A stretch of 32,000 nt of DNA from Ignicoccus hospitalis KIN4/I (GCF_000017945.1 NC_009776.1:780001-812000); one strand, 5' to 3'; positions 15,857 to 24,933 are shown, numbered from the stretch's first letter. Notes: generated by a model not told the origin, from the sequence alone. Numbers and translations are program-made.

Positions 15857-15876
15857 AGTTAATCCGATATTGGTAC
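15857..15876. repeat. right arm of a 20-bp inverted repeat
   Basis: agttaatccgatattggtac. It also shares tattggYacgacc in direct orientation with 15131-15143. Confidence 0.85.
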
Positions 15877-16096
15877 GACCGATCAACACACCTATTCACC
15901 GTATCTTTCTATTCATATTCGGAGTTATAAGTTTTTCACCTTCGGACATCGGAGTCCAGAATTATGAAAATACGTGGGCTTGGAAGTTCTCTTGTACCGC
16001 TCGGCGGTTCAGTATGTGAATGCGAAAAAGATAATAAATAAGTATTAAAATTTGGCGATTTGATGTTCTGAGAGGCTAAGGGGCCAGCATGGTGGC

Positions 16097-16110
16097 AAAA
16101 AACTTATATA
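16097..16110 (+). promoter_or_regulatory. BRE/TATA promoter of the thermosome gene
   Basis: AAAAAACTTATATA is centred about 27 nt upstream of the GGTGGGTGA / start-codon region. An AT-rich tract at 16026-16052 lies further upstream. Confidence 0.6.
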
Positions 16111-16147
16111 GAACCGGTTCCACCACACCCCACGGTGGGTGAGCGCG

Positions 16148-17773
16148 ATGGCGGTCAGGCCTATCGAGAGCATGGGCGTTCCGGTAGTGATACTCAAGGA
16201 GGGCTCCACCAGGACCTACGGCAGGGAGGCTCTGAGGACTAACATGATGGCCGCTAGGGCGGTCGCCGAGGTTCTGAGGACCACCTTCGGCCCCAAGGGA
16301 ATGGACAAGATGTTGGTAGACAGCTTGGGCGACGTGACCATAACCAACGACGGCGCCACCATATTGGACAAGATGGACTTGCAGCACCCCGCCGCCAAGC
16401 TGCTGGTCCAGATAGCTAAGGGCCAGGACGAGGAGGTGGGCGACGGCACCAAGAGGGCGGTGATCTTCGCTGGCGAGCTCTTGAAGCACGCCGAGGACTT
16501 GTTGGAGAAGGACGTACACCCCACCATAATTATCCAAGGTTACAAGAAGGCCCTAGGGAAGGCGCTGGAGAAGATAGAGGAGATCGCCGAGCCCATCGAC
16601 CCTGAGGACAAGGAGAAGCTCAAGAGGATAGCGCTCACCAGCTTGGCCAGCAAGGGCGTGCAAGAGGCTAGGGAGCTGTTCGCCGAGATCGCCGTGGAGG
16701 CGGTAAACACCATCAAGGAGAAGAGGGGCGACAAGTGGTACGTCGACTTGGACTACGTCCAAATAGTCAAGAAGCACGGCGGCAGCTTGAAGGACACCAA
16801 GCTGATAAAGGGAGTGGTCCTCGACAAGGAGGTAGTCCACCCCAACATGCCGAAGAGGGTAGAGAACGCTAAGATAGCCGTGCTCGACGCCCCGCTGGAG
16901 CTGGAGAAGCCCGAACTGGACGCCGAGATAAGGATAACCAGCCCCGAGCAGCTGAAGGCTCTACTGGAGGAGAAGGAGGAGATACTGAGGAAGAAGGTGG
17001 AGAAGCTCAAGGAAGTGGGCGCCAACGTGGTGATAACTCAGAAGGGCATCGACGAGGTCGCTCAGTACTACCTAGCGAAGGCCGGCATAATGGCCGTCAG
17101 GAGGGTGAAGAGGAGCGACCTGGAGAAGGTGGCCAGGGCCACCGGCGCCAAGATAATCAGCAACGTCGAGGACATAACTCCCAACGACTTGGGCGAGGCC
17201 AAGCTAGTGGAGGAGAGAAAGGTAGGCGACGACAAGATGGTCTTCATCGAGGGCGCCAAGAACCCGAGAGCAGTGAGCGTGCTGATCAGGGGAGGCTTCG
17301 AGAGGATCGTAGACGAGGCCGAGAGGAGCTTGAGGGACGCCCTCAGCGCAGTGGCTGACGCGGTGAGGGCCGGCAAGATAGTGGGCGCCGGAGGGGCGCC
17401 GGAGGTGGAGCTCGCGCTGGCGCTCAGGGACTACGCCAGGGAGGTGGGCGGCAAGGAGCAGCTAGCGATAGAGGCCTTCGCCAAGGCCCTAGAGGGCATA
17501 GTTATGGCCCTCGTCGAGAACGCCGGCTACGACCCGGTGGAGAAGCTGATGCAGCTGAGGGCCGCCCACGCCAAGGAGGGCTGCAAGCACTGCGGCGTAG
17601 ACGTGTACACCGGCGAGATAACTGACATGTTGAAGAAGGGCGCCTTCGAGGCCGTCGCCATACCGGCCAACGCGATCAAGAGCGGAACCGAGGCCGCCAC
17701 TCTGATACTGAGGATCGACGACATAGTGATAGCCGGCAAGAAGGAAGAGGAGAGCAAGGGCGGCGAGAAGTAA
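16148..17773 (+). CDS. ths: thermosome subunit (group II chaperonin)
   Basis: [51 protein letters not shown] and ITQKGIDE motifs. The start is ATG 16148 or GTG 16139. Confidence 0.97.
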   Translation: MAVRPIESMGVPVVILKEGSTRTYGREALRTNMMAARAVAEVLRTTFGPKGMDKMLVDSLGDVTITNDGATILDKMDLQHPAAKLLVQIAKGQDEEVGDGTKRAVIFAGELLKHAEDLLEKDVHPTIIIQGYKKALGKALEKIEEIAEPIDPEDKEKLKRIALTSLASKGVQEARELFAEIAVEAVNTIKEKRGDKWYVDLDYVQIVKKHGGSLKDTKLIKGVVLDKEVVHPNMPKRVENAKIAVLDAPLELEKPELDAEIRITSPEQLKALLEEKEEILRKKVEKLKEVGANVVITQKGIDEVAQYYLAKAGIMAVRRVKRSDLEKVARATGAKIISNVEDITPNDLGEAKLVEERKVGDDKMVFIEGAKNPRAVSVLIRGGFERIVDEAERSLRDALSAVADAVRAGKIVGAGGAPEVELALALRDYAREVGGKEQLAIEAFAKALEGIVMALVENAGYDPVEKLMQLRAAHAKEGCKHCGVDVYTGEITDMLKKGAFEAVAIPANAIKSGTEAATLILRIDDIVIAGKKEEESKGGEK

Positions 17774-17785
17774 ACCCGATTAGGG

Positions 17786-17790
17786 TTTTT
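17786..17790 (+). terminator. oligo-T tract after the thermosome gene
   Basis: The T5 tract (in tagggtttttggg) begins 12 nt after the TAA stop. Confidence 0.5.
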
Positions 17791-17814
17791 GGGACTCCCT
17801 CCTTCGGGAAGCCC

Positions 17815-18597
17815 TTGGTCAAGCCCATCCTGATTAACGGTTTCCCGCGCTCCGGGACCACTTACTTGTTTAGGTACTTGCAGTGGAAGTTCGGCGAGGC
17901 CCTCTTCGAACCCCTCACCTCTCCTCAAGTGGCCGTCGAGTTCATCAAGGACGAGAGGTTGAAGAGGGACCTGTTAATCAAGAACCCTTGGAACGTGAAC
18001 GCATCCTTCTATAGGTCGTGGTGGATCTACGACACCAAGACGTTGGAGGAGTTCAAGGAGTTGGTGAAGGGCATCCCCCTCAAGGAGGTGACGCTCCACT
18101 TCTACTTGGACCTCTTCCAAGACGGCTGGGAGGTCTACCACATAATCCGCCACCCTGCAGACAACTACTTCTCTTACGTCAACTACTTCTACGGGGGAAG
18201 AGGTTTCGGAAGGAAGTTAGCTTTCTCGGCGCTGAAGGGCTTAGCCAAACTCGGCTTCGACTCTCACAAGTTCTTCGCCCTGTGGGAGATGGCTACTAGG
18301 ATATGCCCCATAAGCTCTTACTCTAAGATAAGGAGGTCCTTCGAGGCCGCCTTCGTTTACATGTGGACCGTCGCCAACTGGACGGCCCTCAAGACCTTGG
18401 GCGAGCGGAGGATATTAGTTTACGAGAAGCCGGAGACGCTCGAGACCTTGCCGGAGTTCCGCGAGTTCTCCAAGAATAACCCATTCAAGAAGAAGACTTA
18501 CGAGGGGAGGGAGAAACTCTTCAAGAAGTTCGATGCCCTCGCCCGAGAGGTAGGGGTGGGAGAGGAGTTCGAACTCCTTATGGAGCTCATGAGGTAA
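17815..18597 (+). CDS. sulfotransferase-family-like protein
   Basis: INGFPRSGTTYLF resembles the 5'-phosphosulfate-binding loop. IIRHPADNYFS resembles the 3'-phosphate-binding RxPxDxxxS motif. TTG start. Confidence 0.55.
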   Translation: MVKPILINGFPRSGTTYLFRYLQWKFGEALFEPLTSPQVAVEFIKDERLKRDLLIKNPWNVNASFYRSWWIYDTKTLEEFKELVKGIPLKEVTLHFYLDLFQDGWEVYHIIRHPADNYFSYVNYFYGGRGFGRKLAFSALKGLAKLGFDSHKFFALWEMATRICPISSYSKIRRSFEAAFVYMWTVANWTALKTLGERRILVYEKPETLETLPEFREFSKNNPFKKKTYEGREKLFKKFDALAREVGVGEEFELLMELMR

Positions 18598-18696
18598 TTC
18601 CATTCAAATTCTTCATTTGACTAGTTGGTAAGCCATGGGGAGGTTTAACATTCTATCTTATAGTTACCCGCGCGAGCTTCCCTAACGGTGAAGTAA

Positions 18697-19800
18697 GTGG
18701 CGAAGGTAGTCATCTTGGGCGGCGGTGTCGCCGGCCTCACCGTGGCTCACGCGCTGGCCGAAAAGGGCGTCGAGAGCACCGTAGTCAGCTTGCACGACTA
18801 CTACATCAGCGGCCCCAGCAGGCCGCTCATCTTGAGCGGCGAGCAGAGCGTCGACCGCATCACCAGGGGGTACAACTTCCTCCCCAAGGAAATCAAGGTG
18901 ACCTACGGCAGGGTCGAGGAGGTCGACTTCGCCAACCGCAAGGTCAAGCTGGCGAACAAGAGGGAGCTGGACTACGACTACTTGGTGGTTGCCCTCGGCC
19001 TGAGGTACGCTTACGACGCCATTAAGATTGAGGACCACGTGTTCAACGTTTACGACTTGGGTAAGGTGTTTGACCTAAAGCACTTGGTGTGGAACATAAC
19101 TGAAGGCACCATAGTGGTCAACGCCCCCAAGCAGCCCTACCGCTGTGCCCCCGCACCCGGCGAGACCGTCATGACCATAGACATGATATTGAGGCACAGG
19201 GGAGTTAGGGACAAGGTGAAGCTGATATTCGTGGACGGAAACGAGAAGCCCCAGCCTCCGGTGATAGCGGACGTGTGGCTCAAGCTCTTCGAGGAGGCCG
19301 GCATAGAATACTACCTCAACAAGCAGATAACTGAAGTAACCAAGGAAGGAGTGGTTCTGGACGACGGCACCCAGATAAAGGCCGACTACAAGGTCATACT
19401 GCCCCCCAACAAGCCCGTCTTGTTCGACAGCTGGCTGGAGGTCAGGGGTCCCAAGGACTTGAGATTGAAGGATTACGACGACGTCTTCGCTGTGGGCGAC
19501 ATAGCCAAGCTCCCCTTCCCCAAGAACGCCGAGATAGCCACCCAGAGCGCGCTCAACGCGGCGGCCAAGCTAATGGAAGAGCTGGGCGTCGGAGGGGGCA
19601 ACTACGTGGACTACAAGTTCTCCGGCTGGGCCTACGCCGGCAACTTGAAGGGCGAGCTGAAGACTTTGAGCGTCCAGTTCAGCTTGGACTTCAGTGAGGG
19701 CAAGCCCAAGGGGAGCAAGGACCCGGAGCCCAAGGAGGAGTACACCAAGAGGAAGGACGCGTGGGAGCAAGCGATGCTCAAGAAGCTCTTCGGTTACTGA
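18697..19800 (+). CDS. FAD-dependent pyridine nucleotide-disulfide oxidoreductase, sulfide dehydrogenase (FCSD/SQR)-like
   Basis: VVILGGGVAGLTVAHAL dinucleotide fold. PYRCAPAPGE is comparable to the FccB/SQR redox-Cys motif. A second FAD motif FAVGD is present. GTG start with GGTGA upstream. Confidence 0.7.
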   Translation: MAKVVILGGGVAGLTVAHALAEKGVESTVVSLHDYYISGPSRPLILSGEQSVDRITRGYNFLPKEIKVTYGRVEEVDFANRKVKLANKRELDYDYLVVALGLRYAYDAIKIEDHVFNVYDLGKVFDLKHLVWNITEGTIVVNAPKQPYRCAPAPGETVMTIDMILRHRGVRDKVKLIFVDGNEKPQPPVIADVWLKLFEEAGIEYYLNKQITEVTKEGVVLDDGTQIKADYKVILPPNKPVLFDSWLEVRGPKDLRLKDYDDVFAVGDIAKLPFPKNAEIATQSALNAAAKLMEELGVGGGNYVDYKFSGWAYAGNLKGELKTLSVQFSLDFSEGKPKGSKDPEPKEEYTKRKDAWEQAMLKKLFGY

Positions 19801-19802
19801 AC

Positions 19803-20960
19803 TCACTTTTTCTTGAGTATTGCGATAAAGAAGCCCGGCTCCCCGTGCACGCTCGGGCTCACCTTAACTGGGGTCTTCCCCCAAGGGGTGTCCTTCTCGA
19901 CCACTTCGAAGCCCATCTCCTCCGCGAACTCCACCACCCGCTCGTTCTCTGTCTTAGTTAAGGTACACGTGGAGTAGAGCATTAAACCCCCTTTCTTCAA
20001 CAATTTGTAGGCCACCTTGACGAACTGTTTTTGGTACTCGAACGCGTTTATCATATCTTCGTCCTTCTTGACGTCCCACACCTTCGGTATCACGCCTATT
20101 GCTGTGCACGGGGGGTCTACTATCACCCTGTCCGCCTTCCCCACCAAGTGCGGGAAGTCCAAGTCTAGGTACCTCGAGTCCGCCCTGACGACCTCGAAGG
20201 AGTGCCCGAGCCTCCTCATCTCTTCCATCATTTTGCTTATTCTCTTCTTAGAGATGTCGAAAGCTATTACCTTCCCCTTCCCCCTCAACAGCTCGTACGC
20301 GTGGAAGGCCTTGCCTCCCGGGGCGGCGTTCATGTCGACCACCAACCCCTCGGGCTCCAGCGCCCTCACCGCGGCCACTGCCGGAGCGCTCTGGGGGTAG
20401 ATCAAGCCCTTCTCGAAGGACTTCAGCTCTCTGAACTTAGGGGCCTTGAACTTAGTTACTACCGTTTCGACGACCTTTCCCCTCCGCGGGGGTTCCCCTT
20501 CGAAGAGGGCCCTCCCGAAGCCCACGGGCTCCAAGGTCTTCTCCGCTAAGACGGTCACGGGCTCTCCCGCCTTGACCCCCTTAGCCTCCAAGAGGCCCGG
20601 GGCGTAGAGGTCGGCCCCCATTAAGACGCTCTCCGCGGCCCTCTTGTCCGCCACCACGACCGCGTCGGTCAAGGGGACTTCGAAGGGCCCCTCCACCCGC
20701 ACGCAGACCAGCTCCTCGTAGGGGTAGGGGGTCTCGGGCTCGTAGCCGGTCCTCTCGAGCTCCTCCAAGACCTCCTCCGGAGAGCCCCTCAACAAGTTAA
20801 CCCTCGCGCAGAGCCTCTTGCCCGGGGTCCGGAGCGCCTCGAAGAGCTCGGGGAGGTCGAACTGTTCTCCCAGCTCCTCCAAGATCCGTTTGCCGTAGGA
20901 GAACCTCCCGTCGGCCGGGTAAGCTGTCCTCACTCCCTCAGTCCGGGAGTAATTCCCCAT
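19803..20960 (-). CDS. NOL1/NOP2/Sun-family RNA cytosine-C5 methyltransferase with PUA-like domain
   Basis: SAM motif DMNAAPGGK, catalytic motifs DPPCT and YSTCT, and a central PUA-like KGVKAGEPVTVL. Confidence 0.85.
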   Translation of the reverse strand: MGNYSRTEGVRTAYPADGRFSYGKRILEELGEQFDLPELFEALRTPGKRLCARVNLLRGSPEEVLEELERTGYEPETPYPYEELVCVRVEGPFEVPLTDAVVVADKRAAESVLMGADLYAPGLLEAKGVKAGEPVTVLAEKTLEPVGFGRALFEGEPPRRGKVVETVVTKFKAPKFRELKSFEKGLIYPQSAPAVAAVRALEPEGLVVDMNAAPGGKAFHAYELLRGKGKVIAFDISKKRISKMMEEMRRLGHSFEVVRADSRYLDLDFPHLVGKADRVIVDPPCTAIGVIPKVWDVKKDEDMINAFEYQKQFVKVAYKLLKKGGLMLYSTCTLTKTENERVVEFAEEMGFEVVEKDTPWGKTPVKVSPSVHGEPGFFIAILKKK

Positions 20961-21011
20961 CCGGGAGCTTCTAAAGCCTCGCTGGCGTGATGCCGATACG
21001 AGGTAAAAAGG

Positions 21012-21983
21012 ATGGCTTACGTAGAGGCCGTGAACAGCGACGAGGTTAAGGGATGGGTAGAAACCGTGACGTCCCTGGGCCCGGAGGAGATAAGGGGCGG
21101 GGTGAGGGAAAGGGCCGAGGTTCCGCTGAACTTTACCTTGCCGGACGGAGTAAAACCGAAGAAGATGTTCCTAGACATCACGGTCAGCGGAGCCGCCGAC
21201 AAGTGGAGGGTGTTCTTGGGAGAGTTCTCAGTGACTAAGGTGTTCAAGCCAGTCATGCAGAAGGAGTACAAGGGCGAGCTCCTCTCGAAGTTCGTCTTCG
21301 ACGTGACCCCCATATCCCACATAGTCGTTAGCGACCCCACTTTGAGGGTGATTAACGAGAGCAGTTCGTCCCTGAGGCTCTTGCAGAGCAGCCTCTTCGT
21401 GTTCTACGAATACCCCGAGCTGGGGGAGCTGAGGTACAGCTATTACGTAACCTTGGAGCCCCACAAGAGCTTCTGGGGCCCGTTGGACCCCCAGAGGAGC
21501 GGCTACTTCTACGGCGTCTTCCGCGCGCGCCCCCGGGCAGAAGTGAAGCTCAAGGTCGGTGACTGCTTGGGCGAGTTCGTTGTAGAGGAGTTAAACGAGG
21601 TAGCCTCGGACTGCGAGAGGGCCAAGTCTTATTACGTCGAAGCGTCAGAAGAGGTAATCCCTTTGAGCTTCGTAGTGGGTTCCTACGTACTTAAACTGCC
21701 CAAGATAAAGATAGAGGAGGCCGAGTACTCGGACGGCAAAGTCCTCTTGAAGTTGAGGAACCTCGGCGACGACGCCGACGACGTGGTGGTGTTGATCTAC
21801 GTCCCCGGCAAGCCGTTGGCTAGGACCTCCTTGGGCAAGCTCCCCTCCGGGGACGAGAGGGAGGTGGAGTTGAAGGTCGAGGCGAGCAAGGGCGTCACAG
21901 GGGCCATAGCGAGGGTGATATGGGTCAAGGGTAAGATGACCGAAGTGGCGGCGGAGAAGTTCGTCTCCTTTCAAGCCTTGTGA
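21012..21983 (+). CDS. hypothetical protein with C-terminal CARDB-like beta-sandwich
   Basis: 323-aa ORF. The C-terminal segment KVLLKLRNLGDDADDVVVLIYVPGKPLARTSLGKLPSGDEREVELKV has a CARDB-like pattern. No signal peptide is seen. Confidence 0.6.
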   Translation: MAYVEAVNSDEVKGWVETVTSLGPEEIRGGVRERAEVPLNFTLPDGVKPKKMFLDITVSGAADKWRVFLGEFSVTKVFKPVMQKEYKGELLSKFVFDVTPISHIVVSDPTLRVINESSSSLRLLQSSLFVFYEYPELGELRYSYYVTLEPHKSFWGPLDPQRSGYFYGVFRARPRAEVKLKVGDCLGEFVVEELNEVASDCERAKSYYVEASEEVIPLSFVVGSYVLKLPKIKIEEAEYSDGKVLLKLRNLGDDADDVVVLIYVPGKPLARTSLGKLPSGDEREVELKVEASKGVTGAIARVIWVKGKMTEVAAEKFVSFQAL

Positions 21984-23269
21984 GCTTTGAGCATGCTCCT
22001 CACCTCTTCTTCGGAGATGGGGAAGGGGTACACGTCGGTGAAGCAGGCCACGCAGAGCTCCTCGAGGCCTATGGCCCTCCTCAGCCCTTCCACGCTCAAG
22101 TAGCCCACGCTGTCCGCGCCCCAGAGCTCGCTCAGCTCCTCCTCGCCCCTCTCCGCCGCGACCAGCTCCTCTCTAGAGGGGAAGTCTATCCCCATGTAAC
22201 AAGGGGCCCTCACGGGGGGAGAGGCTATCCTCACGTGCACCTCCTCGGCCCCCTTCTCCTTTAAGAGTTTCACTATCCTCTTCATGGTGGTCCCCCTCAC
22301 TATGCTGTCGTCCACCACCACTACCCTCTTCCCCTCCACCACCTCCTTAACTACCCCGTACTTCTTCATGGCTATTACCTCCCTTAGGCCTGGGGGCATT
22401 ATGAAGCTCCTCCCCAAGTACCTATTCTTCACCAAGCCCTCGTCCAAGGGGATTCCCGAGCGCCTGGAGTAGCCTATCGCCGCGCTCCTCCCCGAGTCCG
22501 GGACCGGCAAGACCACGTCCGCGTCCGCGGGCTTCTCCTCGGCTAGTATCATTCCCATCCTAACCCTAGACACGTGGACGTTAACCCCGTTGAAGTAGCT
22601 CTCCGGCCTCTGGAAGTACACGTACTCGAAGGCGCAGTAGGCCTTCCTCCTGTCGTAACTTATTTTGGCTTCCTTGGTGGGGACCCCCTCCTCGAGCATG
22701 ACCAGCTTGTTGGGCTCCAATTCCTCCCACGTCATGCCGATGTCCTCCAGCGCCGCGGTCTCGGAGGCCACATGGGGCCAGCGGTAGGCCAGCGGCCTGA
22801 AGCCCCAAGGGTCCCTCGCGACCAACACCCTCCCGTCGGCGGCGAGGGCGACCAAGCTGTAGCTCCCCTTCGCCCTCTCTAGCACCCTCCTGGCCGCCTC
22901 GAAGAGGTCCAACCCCTTAGTCTTCTCGTTAATGATGGATTTGATTAGGGCTTCCGCGTCCCACCGGGAGCTGGGCTCGAGGAACTTGAAGTTTATTATA
23001 TTACCATTGAAGGCAAGGGCCAATTTCTTCGTTACGACAGGCTGAACCCTGGCGTAGCCGCCGGACGTGGAGTACCTCACGTGGCCTATCGCGGGCCCCT
23101 TGTGCGGGGCCTCCTTTATCGCGTCTTTTACTAGCCCCATCCCTCCCGAGAACTTGATCTCCCCGTCCTCGACCCAAGCGACGCCGGCGCTCTCTTGGCC
23201 TCTGTGCTGAAGGCCCTCTAGGAGCACGTAGACCTCGTCGGCCCACGGGGCCGCGGCCACGCCACACAA
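21971..23269 (-). CDS. purF: amidophosphoribosyltransferase
   Basis: MCGV N-terminal nucleophile, GHVRYSTSG, PRPP loop VVVVDDSIVRGTT and a C-terminal Cys cluster. TTG start. Confidence 0.95.
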   Translation of the reverse strand: MCGVAAAPWADEVYVLLEGLQHRGQESAGVAWVEDGEIKFSGGMGLVKDAIKEAPHKGPAIGHVRYSTSGGYARVQPVVTKKLALAFNGNIINFKFLEPSSRWDAEALIKSIINEKTKGLDLFEAARRVLERAKGSYSLVALAADGRVLVARDPWGFRPLAYRWPHVASETAALEDIGMTWEELEPNKLVMLEEGVPTKEAKISYDRRKAYCAFEYVYFQRPESYFNGVNVHVSRVRMGMILAEEKPADADVVLPVPDSGRSAAIGYSRRSGIPLDEGLVKNRYLGRSFIMPPGLREVIAMKKYGVVKEVVEGKRVVVVDDSIVRGTTMKRIVKLLKEKGAEEVHVRIASPPVRAPCYMGIDFPSREELVAAERGEEELSELWGADSVGYLSVEGLRRAIGLEELCVACFTDVYPFPISEEEVRSMLKAHKA

Positions 23270-23304
23270 TACATTTATACCCTACTGAGGGCCGCCCGCA
23301 CGAA

Positions 23305-23859
23305 TTATATCCTTAAACTGTAAGAGCTCCTCTCGAGCCTCCCGCCCTTGAGGGCGTAGAGGTCCACCTCCAAGGCGCCCTTGGACGGCCTAACTATCAT
23401 GAACGTGGGGTCGCCCCCCAAGCTGCTCCCGCCCCAAGTGCCGGTCACCGAGCCGGGGTTGAGGTGGAGCACCCCCTTGTGTTCCTTGATTAGGGGCTTG
23501 TGTAAGTGGCCGTGTACTATTACCCTCGCCCCCCTCGAGAGGGCCATCGCGCTCAAGGCGTCCAAGTTCCCGCGGGGCCTCACTTGGTGCCCGTGGACGA
23601 CCAACGCCTTAACGCCGTCGAGCTCCACCAAGGCTTCCTCCGGCAAGGGCAAGTAATCCATGTTCCCCCTCACCGCCTTTACCTCTTCCCCCAAGCCCTT
23701 GAGCCACTCCAGCACCTCCGGCCCTGTCAAGTCCCCAGCGTACAAGACTAGGTCGAAGGGGGCCTCGGAGGCCAGGAACTCCCTTATCTCCTTTGGTATT
23801 TCCCTCTCCCTATCCGGCACGTGGGCATCCGAAGCGATCAATACCTTCAACGCCCTCAC
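23305..23859 (-). CDS. YfcE/MJ0936-type metallophosphoesterase
   Basis: SDAHVPD, AGDL, GNMD and VHGHLH motifs. The start is GTG 23859 or TTG 23850. Confidence 0.8.
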   Translation of the reverse strand: MRALKVLIASDAHVPDREREIPKEIREFLASEAPFDLVLYAGDLTGPEVLEWLKGLGEEVKAVRGNMDYLPLPEEALVELDGVKALVVHGHQVRPRGNLDALSAMALSRGARVIVHGHLHKPLIKEHKGVLHLNPGSVTGTWGGSSLGGDPTFMIVRPSKGALEVDLYALKGGRLERSSYSLRI

Positions 23860-24601
23860 CCCCTAACATGAGCTTAACCTTGGACAAGGTCCTCTGAGGG
23901 ACACAAGGCTCCCCCGGGAAGAGGTCCCTTCCGGCGACGGGCGGGGGAGAGCGCTTAATAATGAGGGGCTCGGGGAGGGCCTCCGCGAGCGCCTCCAACC
24001 CCGGGTAGGGCTCGTGGGGGAAGACCCTAGCCCCCCTTCGGGCCAACAGCGCGGAGGCCAAGAGGCCCTTGAGGGGGTCCCGGTAGCTCACTCCGACCTC
24101 CCCCTCCACGCCGTAGGGAAGCCCCCCTACCCCTTCCCTTACGTCCCTCGAGGTGTAGACGTAAACCCTCTTCCTTATTTCTACGAAGATCGCCGTCCTA
24201 GGGCTCTTCAAGTCCACCGGAAGGCCCAAGGCTTCGCCCACCTTCGCGGCGAGCTCCACGCTGGTCAATGGGTACCTCTTGTCCCCCCTCTTGACCCTCA
24301 CCGCCACCGGAGGCTCCGCCTTCACCACTTCGGCTATGGCCTCCACTAGCTCCTCCGGAGGCGCCTTCTCGAGGGCGAACGCGCGGGCCACGTGGTGGAC
24401 CCCGGGCACCCTAGCGACTTCCGCGCTGAACGCCCCCTCCACCACTAACCTCCCGCCCTCGTGCTGGAGCCTTACCTCCAGCCCCCTCCTCTCGTGCCAG
24501 CGCCTTATCGAAGAGGCCAGCGCCCTCTCCATAAAACCTCTCTTCTTTCCCTTGAGGGCTATTTCGGAATAGGCTATCAGAAGGACGGTATCGGGAGACA
24601 T
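23810..24601 (-). CDS. THUMP-domain, ThiI-like protein lacking the PP-loop signature
   Basis: The N-terminus AYSEIALKGKKRGFMERAL is like ThiI (EI.LKG.NR..FE), and a THUMP region follows. Where ThiI has SGGxDS it reads VSYRDPLKGLLASALLARRG. It is short, at 263-268 aa. Confidence 0.6.
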   Translation of the reverse strand: MSPDTVLLIAYSEIALKGKKRGFMERALASSIRRWHERRGLEVRLQHEGGRLVVEGAFSAEVARVPGVHHVARAFALEKAPPEELVEAIAEVVKAEPPVAVRVKRGDKRYPLTSVELAAKVGEALGLPVDLKSPRTAIFVEIRKRVYVYTSRDVREGVGGLPYGVEGEVGVSYRDPLKGLLASALLARRGARVFPHEPYPGLEALAEALPEPLIIKRSPPPVAGRDLFPGEPCVPQRTLSKVKLMLGGEGVEGIDRFGCPRAG

Positions 24602-24933
24602 GTCGCCTTCTGCCACTTGCGCATGAGCGTCCTACAAGTCTTACACATTAGGTAGCTCAGGTCTTCCGGGGTAGCCTTGTCCTCTGCGATGAGTTTGGCC
24701 ATCAACTTAACTAGCTTGGACGCTTCGGGGTCGTTGAGTATCTCGTTTACTTTGTCCCACTTGCTCCTCTTGTCCTTCAAGTAGTTGCTAACCGTGGAGG
24801 CGGTGGTCCCTATCTTTTTAGCTATCACGTAGTTGCTCAAGTTGTAATGCTTGCTCAAGTAATATACCACGGCCGCCCTAATGGAGGGCAAGACCTCGCT
24901 GGCGGCCACCTCACAGTGGGGTCGCAACAACAT
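24577..24933 (-). CDS. small HTH transcription regulator-like protein
   Basis: YNLSNYVIAKKIGTTASTVSNYLKDKR is an HTH unit. The C-terminal CKTC motif overlaps the downstream gene start. Confidence 0.5.
   Translation of the reverse strand: MLLRPHCEVAASEVLPSIRAAVVYYLSKHYNLSNYVIAKKIGTTASTVSNYLKDKRSKWDKVNEILNDPEASKLVKLMAKLIAEDKATPEDLSYLMCKTCRTLMRKWQKATCLPIPSF

Noticed and set aside
23277-23284. GTATAAAT just upstream of the purF TTG start, considered as its promoter.
   Set aside because: It is centred only about 10 nt from the start codon, too close for an archaeal TATA box (about -26). purF may be transcribed from further upstream, or the box may be fortuitous.
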